Below, piece by piece: positions 9,353 to 20,713 of a DNA stretch of 64,000 bases (its first letter is position 1; every line of letters begins with the position of its first letter). The stretch lies in the NCBI GenBank assembly GCA_030429765.1, contig JAUIER010000003.1:80402-144401 (forward strand), read 5' to 3'. The stretch is from a bacterium. GTDB lineage: Bacteria; Omnitrophota; Gorgyraeia; Zapsychrales; Zapsychraceae. The notes beneath the pieces were generated by a model, which was given only the letters and a program-made list of their open reading frames with translations, ran no database searches and was not told the origin of the DNA. A program made the translations under genes and the position numbers.

Positions 9353-10309
9353 ATGCTGGATAAAGCCAAAGAAGTGATCAAGATCGAAGCGCAGGCCCTC
9401 ACGCAATTCGCCAGGCGTCTGGATGATAACTTCATTCAGGCGGTGGACCTGATTGCCCGGTGCCGCGGGCGTGTGATCATTTCTGGAATGGGCAAAGCCG
9501 GTCTGGTGGGGAATAAAATTGCGGCCACGTTATCCTCAACGGGAACGCCGAGTATCTCGATGCATAGCGCCGACGCGGTGCATGGTGATTTGGGGCAGGT
9601 CACCCGGAAAGACATTCTGATACTGATCTCCAATAGCGGTGAAACGGACGAGACCAAGCGTTTGATCCCGCTCATCAAAAAGATTGGGTCCAAGATCATC
9701 GCCATGACGGGAAATCCCCAATCCAACCTGGCCAAGCACAGCGACATGGTCCTCAATGTCTCGGTCAAGAAAGAGGGATGTCCGCTTGGATTGGCGCCGA
9801 TGGCCTCGACCACGACGATGCTGGCCTGCGGTGATGCACTGGCCGCCTGCTTAATCGAACGCAAAGGCTTTCAGCAAAAAGATTTCGCCTTTTATCATCC
9901 GGCCGGTTCGCTGGGACGCAAGCTTCATATGCGGGTGGAGGATATTATGCGAAAGGACGATGATTTTCCCCGGGTGACAGCCGACACAACCGTCAAGAAT
10001 GTCCTGTTGGCGATTACCCGCAGCCGATGCGGATCGGCCTGTGTGCTTGATAGCCGCGGACGGTTTATCGGGATTTTTACCGATGGAGATCTGCGCCGTC
10101 ACATCGAAAGCGATCCGGATTTGTTGAATCGCGAGGTCAAGAAAGTCATGACCCGCAAGCCGATTACGATCAATAAAGATAAACTGGCCGTTGAGGCTCT
10201 CGAATTGCTCAACAGGCGTCAGATCGATGAAATTCCGGTGGTCAACGGCCAAAATCAGCTGGTCGGATTGCTGGACATTCAGGATCTGCTTAAGGTGGGT
10301 TTACTATGA
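9353..10309 (+). CDS. kdsD: Arabinose-5-phosphate isomerase (SIS plus tandem CBS domains).
   Basis: GRVIISGMGKAG, ISNSGETDE, C-terminal CBS pair. Confidence 0.9.
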   Translation: MLDKAKEVIKIEAQALTQFARRLDDNFIQAVDLIARCRGRVIISGMGKAGLVGNKIAATLSSTGTPSISMHSADAVHGDLGQVTRKDILILISNSGETDETKRLIPLIKKIGSKIIAMTGNPQSNLAKHSDMVLNVSVKKEGCPLGLAPMASTTTMLACGDALAACLIERKGFQQKDFAFYHPAGSLGRKLHMRVEDIMRKDDDFPRVTADTTVKNVLLAITRSRCGSACVLDSRGRFIGIFTDGDLRRHIESDPDLLNREVKKVMTRKPITINKDKLAVEALELLNRRQIDEIPVVNGQNQLVGLLDIQDLLKVGLL

Positions 10310-10833
10310 ATAAATCGTTGAAAGATAAGGCCAAAAAGGTTAAACTGCTAGTTCTCGATGTGGATGGTATCCTTTCGGACGGGAAAATTATCGTCTCCGA
10401 CCAGGGGCATGAGATCAAGCATTTCAATGTCTACGACGGTTTCGGAATTGTCCTGTTCCAGCGACAGGGATTTAAAGTGGCCATCATTTCCGCAAGAGAA
10501 TCGGAAGCGGTGAAAGCTCGCGCCAAGGATCTGAAAATCAGCAGGGTCTATCTCAACGCACGTAACAAACTCAAGGTCTACCAGCGACTTGTCAAAAGCC
10601 TAAAGCTCAGCGACGAGGAAGTATGTTTTATGGGGGACGATTTGCCGGATCTCTCTGTCTTTCAGACAGTGGGCCTGGCGGTGACCGTCCCAAATGCCCG
10701 AGAGGAAATCCGGACGATTGCTCATCATGTTACCAAGACGGCCGGTGGCCAGGGAGCGGTTCGCGAGGTGGTAGAGATGATCCTCAAACACAAAGGGATG
10801 TGGGATTCCGTGGTGAAGGAGTATTCCGTATGA
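10306..10833 (+). CDS. kdsC: Kdo-8-phosphate phosphatase (HAD superfamily).
   Basis: KLLVLDVDGILSDGKI...MGDDLPDL. Sits between kdsD and the lpt genes, as in E. coli. Confidence 0.9.
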   Translation: MNKSLKDKAKKVKLLVLDVDGILSDGKIIVSDQGHEIKHFNVYDGFGIVLFQRQGFKVAIISARESEAVKARAKDLKISRVYLNARNKLKVYQRLVKSLKLSDEEVCFMGDDLPDLSVFQTVGLAVTVPNAREEIRTIAHHVTKTAGGQGAVREVVEMILKHKGMWDSVVKEYSV

Positions 10834-11657
10834 ATGCACATAGATTTCTGATCGGTTTGATCGCGGTTTTGTTGTCGGCCGGACCAGTTCTGGCGGAGGA
10901 CAATGTGGAACAGCAGTTCCAGGGATTCAATCTTCAGGGGTATACCGACGAGGGCGACAAGGCCTGGGATGTCGAGGGTGATACGGCGGACATCAACGGT
11001 ACAGAAATTACCCTGACCAATGTTGTGGCCAACAGCTATGGCGACCGTCAGATGAACGTGACGGCCGAGATGGGCAAGGTTGATCAGGTCAATGGCCACA
11101 TGCAGCTCGAGAAAGATGTTGTGATCACCAGCGACGACGGGTCCAAACTGATGTCGGACTTTATTGAATGGGACAAAGAGAGCGATACCGTAAGTTCCAG
11201 CGAGGAAGTCTACATCAGGAGCGACGCGTTCAGCGCCACGGGAACAGGCATGAAGGCCCGGCCCGGACTCAAAAGCGCGCAGATCGATAAAGATGTGACC
11301 GTGCGAGTGGAAACCGAAGAGGATACGGAACGGACCAAACAACTGACGGTGAGTAGTGACGGACCGATGATCCTGGACCAGTTGCTGCTCAAGGCCCGGT
11401 TCGAGGTCAACGTTATCGCCGAACAGGACGGTCAAATCCTCAAAGCGGATGTGATCGAGATCTACTTCAAAGAAGGCATGAAGGAAGTTGAGGAAATGAT
11501 CTGTGTGGGCAATGTCGAGATCATTCAGGGCGAGAACAAGACGTATGCCGACAAGGCGACCTATGATGCCGAGGAGCAAAAGCTGGTATTGTCAGGCCGC
11601 CCCAAACTGATTCTGGAAACCGGAGGAGATAGTGGCATTACATCTCTTGGAAACTAA
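10830..11657 (+). CDS. Periplasmic OstA-like LPS-transport protein (LptC/LptA family). A single 275-aa gene occupies the position where E. coli has lptC plus lptA.
   Basis: Signal/anchor MNAHRFLIGLIAVLLSAGPVLA. OstA-like beta-jellyroll repeats. LptA-like C-terminus YADKATYDAEEQKLVLSGRPKLIL. The ORF-track start at 10623 is an in-frame upstream extension through kdsC. Confidence 0.7.
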   Translation: MNAHRFLIGLIAVLLSAGPVLAEDNVEQQFQGFNLQGYTDEGDKAWDVEGDTADINGTEITLTNVVANSYGDRQMNVTAEMGKVDQVNGHMQLEKDVVITSDDGSKLMSDFIEWDKESDTVSSSEEVYIRSDAFSATGTGMKARPGLKSAQIDKDVTVRVETEEDTERTKQLTVSSDGPMILDQLLLKARFEVNVIAEQDGQILKADVIEIYFKEGMKEVEEMICVGNVEIIQGENKTYADKATYDAEEQKLVLSGRPKLILETGGDSGITSLGN

Positions 11658-12360
11658 GGGATTAGTCAAGTCCTATGGCGGTCGACGGGTCGTCGACGGC
11701 TTGAGTATATCGGTGGGGCGATCTGAGATCGTGGGTCTACTTGGACCCAACGGGGCCGGTAAAACAACCACCTTTTACATGGCGGTGGGCATTGTTCAGC
11801 CCAGTGAAGGTCAGATTCTATTTGATAACGAAGATATCACCAAGAAATCGATTCATCAGCGTTGCCGCCTGGGAATGGGATATCTAGCCCAGGAAGCGTC
11901 GATCTTCAGAAAAATGACCGTTGCGGAAAATATCATGGCGATTCTGGAAACGCTGAATATCAGCCCGCGCGAACGCAAAAAACGGCTGGAATCGTTATTG
12001 GAAGAATTGAACATCGCGCATCTGGCTAAAAGCAAGGCGTATACGTTGTCCGGTGGAGAACGGCGTCGCTTGGAGATCACACGGGCGTTGGTGACGAATC
12101 CATCCTTTTTGTTGTTGGACGAGCCGTTTTCCGGTATTGATCCGATTGTTGTGTCGGAAGCCCAAGAAATTATCAAGGAACTGCGAAATCGGGGGCTTGG
12201 TATTTTGCTAACGGATCACAATGTTCGCGAAACTTTATCGATTACGGACCGTGCGTATCTCGTCGCCGACGGCAACATTCTCAAAGCCGGAACGGCCGAT
12301 GATCTGATCAACGATCCTGAAGCCCGGAAGATCTATCTAGGTGAAAAATTTAAAATGTAA
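11632..12360 (+). CDS. lptB: LPS export ABC transporter ATP-binding protein.
   Basis: GLLGPNGAGKTTTFYM, LSGGERRRLEI, ILLTDHNVRETL. Close match to E. coli LptB along the full length. Confidence 0.93.
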   Translation: MALHLLETKGLVKSYGGRRVVDGLSISVGRSEIVGLLGPNGAGKTTTFYMAVGIVQPSEGQILFDNEDITKKSIHQRCRLGMGYLAQEASIFRKMTVAENIMAILETLNISPRERKKRLESLLEELNIAHLAKSKAYTLSGGERRRLEITRALVTNPSFLLLDEPFSGIDPIVVSEAQEIIKELRNRGLGILLTDHNVRETLSITDRAYLVADGNILKAGTADDLINDPEARKIYLGEKFKM

Positions 12361-12403
12361 ATGAAACAGTAGTGTGCATCGTTAAGAGAGGAACTAAACC
12401 AAA

Positions 12404-13291
12404 ATGAAACTTGATGTAAAGAAAGTCAGCAGTGTCGCACGGGAATTAAAATTCGAAATCCCCAAAGAAACCGTTACACCGAAATTTGATGAAGTCTACA
12501 AGGATATGTCCAAGACCGTGAAGGTCAAGGGATTCCGTCCGGGAAAGGTCCCACGCAATGTTTTGGAAAACCATCACCGCAAAGAAGCCGAGCAGGAAGT
12601 GATTCGCAAGGTTATTTCGGAAGCCTATGACGAAGCGTTGAAAAAGGAAAATCTCACGCCGATTGACATGCCGGAAATCCATGATGTTGAACTCAAAGAT
12701 GGAATCGTCAAATTCACGGCCAAGCTTGAGATCAAGCCGGAGTTTGAAGTCAAGAAATACAAGGGAATCAAGGTCAAGCGAAAAGCATCTGAAGTTACTG
12801 ACGCCGAGATCAAAAAGACCATGGAGATGTTCAAGCAGGGTCAAGGTAAAGACGACAAGACCAAGATCGACGACGCGTTCGCCAAAGGATTGGGATATCC
12901 GTCACTGGATGAGTTTAAAAAATCTTTAGCTCGTCAGATGGAAATCGAAAAGGACCGTCAGAATAAAACGGATGTTGAGAATCAGATTGTGGAAGATTTG
13001 CTCAAAAAGACAAAATTTGATGTACCTGAATCATTGGTGGAGAAACAATTGCACCGTCGACTTCACGATTACGGTCAACAGCTGGAAAAACAGGGGTTGG
13101 CCAAAGAAGAAGTCAACAAGAAGATCGAGGAGTCCCGGGATGAGCTCAAAGAAGCCGTCCGCAAAGACATTCAGGTTTATCTGATCTTAGACAAGATTGC
13201 GGAAGTCGAAAAGATTGAGATCGGACAAGGGGAAAACCTTCCGGCAAAGGTTATCGAATTTTTGCTGAAGGAAGCCGATTGGCAATCTTAA
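12404..13291 (+). CDS. tig: Trigger factor, short form lacking the central FKBP/PPIase domain.
   Basis: Ribosome-binding signature GFRPGKVP at residues ~42-49. The linker EVTDAEIKK is followed directly by C-domain-like sequence. Total length is 295 aa versus ~430 aa for canonical Tig. Confidence 0.8.
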   Translation: MKLDVKKVSSVARELKFEIPKETVTPKFDEVYKDMSKTVKVKGFRPGKVPRNVLENHHRKEAEQEVIRKVISEAYDEALKKENLTPIDMPEIHDVELKDGIVKFTAKLEIKPEFEVKKYKGIKVKRKASEVTDAEIKKTMEMFKQGQGKDDKTKIDDAFAKGLGYPSLDEFKKSLARQMEIEKDRQNKTDVENQIVEDLLKKTKFDVPESLVEKQLHRRLHDYGQQLEKQGLAKEEVNKKIEESRDELKEAVRKDIQVYLILDKIAEVEKIEIGQGENLPAKVIEFLLKEADWQS

Positions 13292-13328
13292 ATCAGTTTA
13301 ATCCCAAATCAGAAAGGGGATCAGTTCC

Positions 13329-13934
13329 ATGGACGCACAAAATTCCATCTTAGTACCAATGGTTATTGAAAAAACCGGACAAGGTGAACGCTCATACGAT
13401 ATCTACTCCCGTCTGCTCAAAGAACGAATCATCTTTATCGGTACCGCGATTGATGATAACGTCGCCAATCTGATCATTGCTCAGCTGCTGTTTTTGCAGA
13501 GTGAAGATCCGAAAAAAGATATCCATGTGTACGTGAACTCGCCGGGTGGATCAGTAACCGCCGGTCTTGGAATTTACGACACAATGCAGTTTGTCAAACC
13601 CGATGTCTGCACCTATTGTATGGGGCAGGCCGCCAGTATGGGATCTTTGCTGCTGACCGCCGGGGCAAAAGGCAAACGGTACGCGTTGCCGTATTCACGG
13701 ATTATGATCCATCAACCGTGGGGAGGCGCCCAGGGAACGGCCAGTGATATTCATATCCAGGCCAAAGAAATCTTGAGGATGAAGGAGGAGCTGACCAAAT
13801 TGTTGGCGGACCATTCCGGTCAGTCGTTTGAAAAGGTCGAACAGGATTGTGACCGCGACTATTTCATGAGCGCCCAGGAAGCCAAGGATTACGGGTTGGT
13901 TGACGAGGTGCTGACGGCAGCTCCAAAAACTTAA
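13329..13934 (+). CDS. clpP: ATP-dependent Clp protease proteolytic subunit.
   Basis: [20 protein letters not shown], catalytic Ser in GQAASMGS, His in IMIHQP. Confidence 0.95.
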   Translation: MDAQNSILVPMVIEKTGQGERSYDIYSRLLKERIIFIGTAIDDNVANLIIAQLLFLQSEDPKKDIHVYVNSPGGSVTAGLGIYDTMQFVKPDVCTYCMGQAASMGSLLLTAGAKGKRYALPYSRIMIHQPWGGAQGTASDIHIQAKEILRMKEELTKLLADHSGQSFEKVEQDCDRDYFMSAQEAKDYGLVDEVLTAAPKT

Positions 13935-13990
13935 TCTCAATTTATATACGGAAGTTTAAACTTCTGGAAAGGTTTTTAAAGGTAAGAAAG

Positions 13991-15127
13991 ATGGACACCA
14001 TTTTGTTAACTCCGGGACCCACCATGATTCTTGATGAAGCCAGAGAGGCGCTGGGACGGCCGATCATTCATCACCGTACACCGCAGTTTCAGGCCAATAT
14101 CAAGGAAGTCATTGAAGGGTTACAGTACGTCTACCAAACCAAAAATGATATCTACCTGATGACATGCTCGGGAACAGGCGCGATGGAAGCGACGGTCTGT
14201 AATTTGCTGTCGCCGGGTGATGAGGCTATCACGGTGAATGGAGGTAAGTTCGGTGAGCGTTGGGCGGAACTCTGTGAAGCGTATGACGCCAAACCAACCG
14301 TCATTGACGTGGAATGGGGACAGGCTGTCGATCCGGAAAAAATCCGCGAGCATCTTAAGGCGAATCCAAAGATCAAGGCTGTATTTGTCACGTTAAACGA
14401 AACATCTACCGGCGTAGTGTCTGACATTGAGGCGATTGGTAAGGTGGTTGCCGAGACAGACGCGGTGATGATCGTGGACGCCGTCAGTGGCTTGGGTGTG
14501 GTTGATTGTCAAACCGATAAATGGAAGGCCGATATGGTTGTCTCGGGTTCGCATAAAGGATTTATGCTGCCGCCGGGACTGGCCTTTATTTCGGCGTCCG
14601 AAAAAGCCATCAAGTTGATTAACAGTTCGACCAATCGTCGATTTTATTTTGATCTTCGTAAGTCTAAAAAGGCCTTTGAAGCGACGGATACTCCGTTCAC
14701 ACCGGCGATTGGAATCGTTATCGGAATGGTGGAGAGTCTCCGCTGGATGCGTGAGAAAGGAATTGAAAATCTTTTCGCCCACTATGAGCGGCTGGCGAAG
14801 GGATGTCGCGCGGCGGCCAAGGCCTTGGACCTTAAATTGTTGGCCGATGAGTCATGCATTTCGAATGTCCTGACAGCGATCCATATTCCCGAAGGCGTCG
14901 ACGGCGGAAAATTGGTCAAGACCATGCGAGACACGCATGGTGTCACCTGCGCCGGCGGTCAAGGGCACCTAAAGGGTAAGATTATCCGTATCGCCCATAT
15001 GGGGATCGTAAATGAAGATCACATCATTCGATGTCTGGAAACGTTCGAGCTGGTATTGAAAGAAATGGGATATTCGTTTACAGACCAGGCCGGTGTCAAT
15101 GCGGCCAAAGCTGTCTTTAATTCATAA
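13991..15127 (+). CDS. Class-V (AGXT-like) aminotransferase. Probably a phosphoserine/serine-pyruvate aminotransferase, given that it is paired with serA.
   Basis: ILLTPGPT..., TGTGAMEA, PLP-lysine region SGSHKGFMLPPGLA. Confidence 0.75.
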   Translation: MDTILLTPGPTMILDEAREALGRPIIHHRTPQFQANIKEVIEGLQYVYQTKNDIYLMTCSGTGAMEATVCNLLSPGDEAITVNGGKFGERWAELCEAYDAKPTVIDVEWGQAVDPEKIREHLKANPKIKAVFVTLNETSTGVVSDIEAIGKVVAETDAVMIVDAVSGLGVVDCQTDKWKADMVVSGSHKGFMLPPGLAFISASEKAIKLINSSTNRRFYFDLRKSKKAFEATDTPFTPAIGIVIGMVESLRWMREKGIENLFAHYERLAKGCRAAAKALDLKLLADESCISNVLTAIHIPEGVDGGKLVKTMRDTHGVTCAGGQGHLKGKIIRIAHMGIVNEDHIIRCLETFELVLKEMGYSFTDQAGVNAAKAVFNS

Positions 15128-15147
15128 ACAACGATGAGGATGGACCG

Positions 15148-16731
15148 ATGAAAATTCTAATTAGTGATAAACTCGCCGAAGAAGGCGTTAATATACTGAA
15201 GGCCGAGAAGGATTTCGAAGTTGATGTCAAGACAGGGATGAGTCCTGACGAATTGAAATCTGTGATTGGAGACTACCACGCGATTATCATCCGCTCGGCA
15301 ACCACATTGACAGGTGATGTCATCGAGGCGGCGGACAATCTCAAGGTGATCGGAAGGGCAGGGGTCGGGCTGGACAACGTGGATCTCAAAGCAGCCACCA
15401 AAAAAGGGGTGGTGGCCATGAACACGCCGGCCGGTAATACGACGTCGACGGCCGAACACACGATGAGTATGATCCTGGCTGTTTCAAGAAATATTCCCCA
15501 GGCGTATTCAGCGATGAAGGCCGGACGCTGGGATCGATCCAAGTTCGGCGGCGTTGAACTTTACGGCAAGACACTTGGTGTTATCGGACTAGGCCGGATT
15601 GGCGCTACCGTGGCCAAGTTCGCCAAGGCCTTCGGAATGGACATCATCGCGTATGATCCATACCTGTCCAACGAGGCCATGGCTCAGAAAAATATCGAGT
15701 CGGTCACACTCGAGGATCTGTACAAACGATCCGACTACATCACGATTCATATTCCCAAGACAAACGAAACCAAGAATTTAATCTCCACCAAGGAGATCGA
15801 GATGATGAAGCCGTCCGTGCTGCTGATCAATTGCGCGCGCGGCGGTATTATCGATGAAGCGGCATTGGCCGAAGCCCTAGAAAACAAGAAGATCAAGGGA
15901 TGCGCGCTGGATGTGTACGATTCTGAACCGCTTGATCCATCATCACCGTTACTCAAATACGATAATTGTGTGGTCACGCCGCATTTGGGCGCTTCGACAT
16001 CGGAAGCGCAGATCAATGTGGCCATCGAGATTGCCGAGACAGTTCGGGATGCCTTGTTGGGACGAGGTATCGTGAATGCCGCCAACTTCCCATCGGTCGA
16101 CGCGGAAAGTTACAAGACGCTTGAGCCGTATGTCAATCTTGGACAAAGCATGGGGCAATTTGCCGGCCAACTGATTCATGGTCGTATCAGTGAGGTCAAG
16201 ATCACTTACAGCGGAATCCTGACGCAGCATAAAACAGCGCCGGTGACATTGTCGATCATCAACGGTCTGCTGACGCCGATTCTGGGTGAAGGTGTGAACT
16301 ACATCAATGCGCTGGATATCGCCAAGGATCGGGCGATCGATGTTCAAGATGTCAAGTCAACCAAGGTGGATGAATTTGTCAACTGCATCAAACTGGATGT
16401 TAAGACCGACAAAGATCCGTTTTCAATGTTGGGAACACTTTCAAGCAATTTGCAGCCGCGTATTGTCAAGATCGGCAGCATTTATATGGAAGCCGTTCCC
16501 AAAGGTCACATGTTGTTTATTCAGAACAACGACAAGCCCGGATTGGTTGGCGCGGTGGGTACGATCCTGGCGCAGGACAATATCAACATCGCCGGTATTA
16601 CGTTGGGCCGGGAAGCTGAACGCAAGACGGCGATCAGTGTGGTCAACGTAGATAATGAGGTGACTGATAAGACGATTCAGAAGCTCAAGGATACGGCGGA
16701 CGTTTTGTATGTCAAATCACTAAAGGTGTAA
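15148..16731 (+). CDS. serA: D-3-phosphoglycerate dehydrogenase with C-terminal ASB/ACT domains.
   Basis: GVIGLGRIG NAD motif, CARGG, C-terminal ACT region. Confidence 0.93.
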   Translation: MKILISDKLAEEGVNILKAEKDFEVDVKTGMSPDELKSVIGDYHAIIIRSATTLTGDVIEAADNLKVIGRAGVGLDNVDLKAATKKGVVAMNTPAGNTTSTAEHTMSMILAVSRNIPQAYSAMKAGRWDRSKFGGVELYGKTLGVIGLGRIGATVAKFAKAFGMDIIAYDPYLSNEAMAQKNIESVTLEDLYKRSDYITIHIPKTNETKNLISTKEIEMMKPSVLLINCARGGIIDEAALAEALENKKIKGCALDVYDSEPLDPSSPLLKYDNCVVTPHLGASTSEAQINVAIEIAETVRDALLGRGIVNAANFPSVDAESYKTLEPYVNLGQSMGQFAGQLIHGRISEVKITYSGILTQHKTAPVTLSIINGLLTPILGEGVNYINALDIAKDRAIDVQDVKSTKVDEFVNCIKLDVKTDKDPFSMLGTLSSNLQPRIVKIGSIYMEAVPKGHMLFIQNNDKPGLVGAVGTILAQDNINIAGITLGREAERKTAISVVNVDNEVTDKTIQKLKDTADVLYVKSLKV

Positions 16732-16736
16732 AACAC

Positions 16737-18814
<2,078 letters not shown>

Positions 18815-18908
18815 TGTTGTATCTTGTTGTGCCATAGGGGTTTGTTATAATTTTCTTGACTTTAAATTACACTCATGATAATGTGGGTTACAGTCAAAGG
18901 AGGAAGGT

Positions 18909-19544
18909 ATGTGGAAGCCGTTAAAACGAAGTTTTTTGATCATAACTCTGTTAACGAGTGTCGTTTCCTTAAGCGGTTGCACACTTATTTTCCAAAAAGG
19001 ACGTCGCGTTGATGTCGATAAAATTTCTACGCTGAAGAATGATCTTGCCGCGCTCGAGCGTGAAAAGTCAAACCTCGAAAAGGCCCAGGAACAGCTGCAG
19101 GGCCGTCTGAAAAACGAAATCAAAGATAGTGAAGTCAAGGTTGAAATGCTGGAACGTGGTCTGGTGATCACATTCGTGGCTGAAGTTCTATTTGACTCGG
19201 GTAAAGCCGAACTCAGACAGGGCACTCGGGAAAAACTCGATAAAGTCGCCCGTGTTTTGAACACCACCGTTAAAGATTTGAATGTCGGGATCGAAGGTCA
19301 CACCGACAATGTGCCCATCAAGCATTCCGGATGGAAATCCAACTGGGAACTTTCTACCGCGCGGGCGTTAAGTGTACTGCATAAAATGGTTAATGAACAT
19401 GGGGTGGATCCAACCCGGCTGTCGGCCACAGGATTTGGTGAATACAAACCGGTTGCCGGCAACGATACAGATGCCGGTCGGCAAAAGAACCGTCGGGTTG
19501 AAATTGTGATTCTGCCGGAAACCACCAAAGAAGGTCGGAAGTAA
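18909..19544 (+). CDS. OmpA/MotB-domain lipoprotein.
   Basis: Lipobox LSGC. OmpA-like C-terminal domain (NVGIEGHTDNVP...NRRVEIVI). Good RBS AAAGGAGGAAGG. Confidence 0.8.
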   Translation: MWKPLKRSFLIITLLTSVVSLSGCTLIFQKGRRVDVDKISTLKNDLAALEREKSNLEKAQEQLQGRLKNEIKDSEVKVEMLERGLVITFVAEVLFDSGKAELRQGTREKLDKVARVLNTTVKDLNVGIEGHTDNVPIKHSGWKSNWELSTARALSVLHKMVNEHGVDPTRLSATGFGEYKPVAGNDTDAGRQKNRRVEIVILPETTKEGRK

Positions 19545-19550
19545 GCAGCA

Positions 19551-19895
19551 ATGCGAATTTTCATTATGGTATTGGCCATCGTCCTCGCCGCGGCGGGCGG
19601 CGGATTGGCGTACCGTTACTACCAACAAGCTGCCGTGTCGGTGGGTGAGTTAGAAGAAGAGCGTTACAAACGCATGGTCGCTGAGGAAGACTACGAAAAA
19701 CAGCGCCAGAAGGCCAAAAGCCTGGAAAGCAAGCTCAAGAAATCAGAACAGCGCGTCACAAATCTGGAAAACAAAGTCGAAAAGATTTCAGCCATCAATG
19801 ATGACATGAAATTACGTCTTGAGAAGTCAGCCCAGATTCAGAAGCAGCTTGAGCAAAAAATCATTGAGTTCGAGGCATCATCTCCACAAATCTAG
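19551..19895 (+). CDS. Small coiled-coil protein with N-terminal TM segment.
   Basis: N-terminal hydrophobic helix followed by a charged heptad-like region. Followed by an intrinsic terminator. Confidence 0.5.
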   Translation: MRIFIMVLAIVLAAAGGGLAYRYYQQAAVSVGELEEERYKRMVAEEDYEKQRQKAKSLESKLKKSEQRVTNLENKVEKISAINDDMKLRLEKSAQIQKQLEQKIIEFEASSPQI

Positions 19896-19935
19896 GGGAT
19901 GATCAATAGGGACAACAGTCGAACTTTTATATGAT

Positions 19936-19962
19936 GGGGGATGAAAATCCCCCATTTTATTT
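19936..19962 (+). terminator. Rho-independent terminator: GGGGGA-TGAAAA-TCCCCC followed by ATTTTATTT.
   Basis: Perfect 6-bp GC stem, 6-nt loop, T-rich tail. It lies inside the spurious N-terminal extension of the uppS ORF-track entry. Confidence 0.7.
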
Positions 19963-19972
19963 GTCAGATACC

Positions 19973-20713
19973 ATGAACAAAGATATTGATAAAGGTAAAA
20001 TTCCACAGCATGTCGCCATCATCATGGACGGCAACGGCCGCTGGGCGCAGCAACAGAATCTCTCGCGGACACAGGGGCATATCGCCGGGGTCAAGCGGGT
20101 CGAAGACATTATTGACTATGCGCAGGAGATCGGTATCAAAGTTTTGACACTCTATACGTTCTCATCGGAAAATTGGAACCGCCCGACCAATGAAGTGTCA
20201 ACGATCATGAATATCGTCACGGCCGTGCTTAACAGAAAGACCAAAAAGCTCAAAGGCGATAATATGCGCTTTGGTATGATCGGACGCGAAGACGGGCTGC
20301 CTGAATCGGCCTTGAACGCCATCAAGATGGTCATCAATGAGACCAGCAAGAATACCGGGTTGCTGATCAATCTGGCCTTTAACTACGGGGCCCGGCAGGA
20401 GATCCTCGACGCCATAAAGTCAATTTCCCAATCAGTTAAGGATGGTAAGCTCACGACGGATGATATTACCGAAGAGTTGTTCAGCCGGTCGCTATACACC
20501 AAGGACTTACCGGATCCTGATTTGCTGATTCGGACGTCCGGTGAAAAGCGGATCAGTAATTTTCTTTTGTGGCAATTATCGTATGCGGAGTTCTATTTTA
20601 CAGAGAAATTTTGGCCGGACTTTGATATTGCTGAATTCGAGAACGCACTGATGGATTATCAAAACCGGCAGCGAAGATTTGGTAACTTAATCTCTCAATC
20701 CCTGAATGAATAA
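19973..20713 (+). CDS. uppS: Undecaprenyl-diphosphate synthase.
   Basis: HVAIIMDGNGRWA..., LTLYTFSSENWNRP. The true start is MNKDIDK at 19973. The 19931 start in the track would translate the terminator. Confidence 0.92.
   Translation: MNKDIDKGKIPQHVAIIMDGNGRWAQQQNLSRTQGHIAGVKRVEDIIDYAQEIGIKVLTLYTFSSENWNRPTNEVSTIMNIVTAVLNRKTKKLKGDNMRFGMIGREDGLPESALNAIKMVINETSKNTGLLINLAFNYGARQEILDAIKSISQSVKDGKLTTDDITEELFSRSLYTKDLPDPDLLIRTSGEKRISNFLLWQLSYAEFYFTEKFWPDFDIAEFENALMDYQNRQRRFGNLISQSLNE

Noticed and set aside
10623-10829. N-terminal extension of the lpt gene (ORF-track start 10623)
   Set aside because: Runs through the 3' half of kdsC in another frame and encodes a Gly/Arg/Pro-rich low-complexity stretch. 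The signal peptide starts at 10830.
10725-11579. 284-aa minus-strand ORF
   Set aside because: Entirely antisense to the OstA-like lpt gene. High-GC shadow ORF with no motifs.
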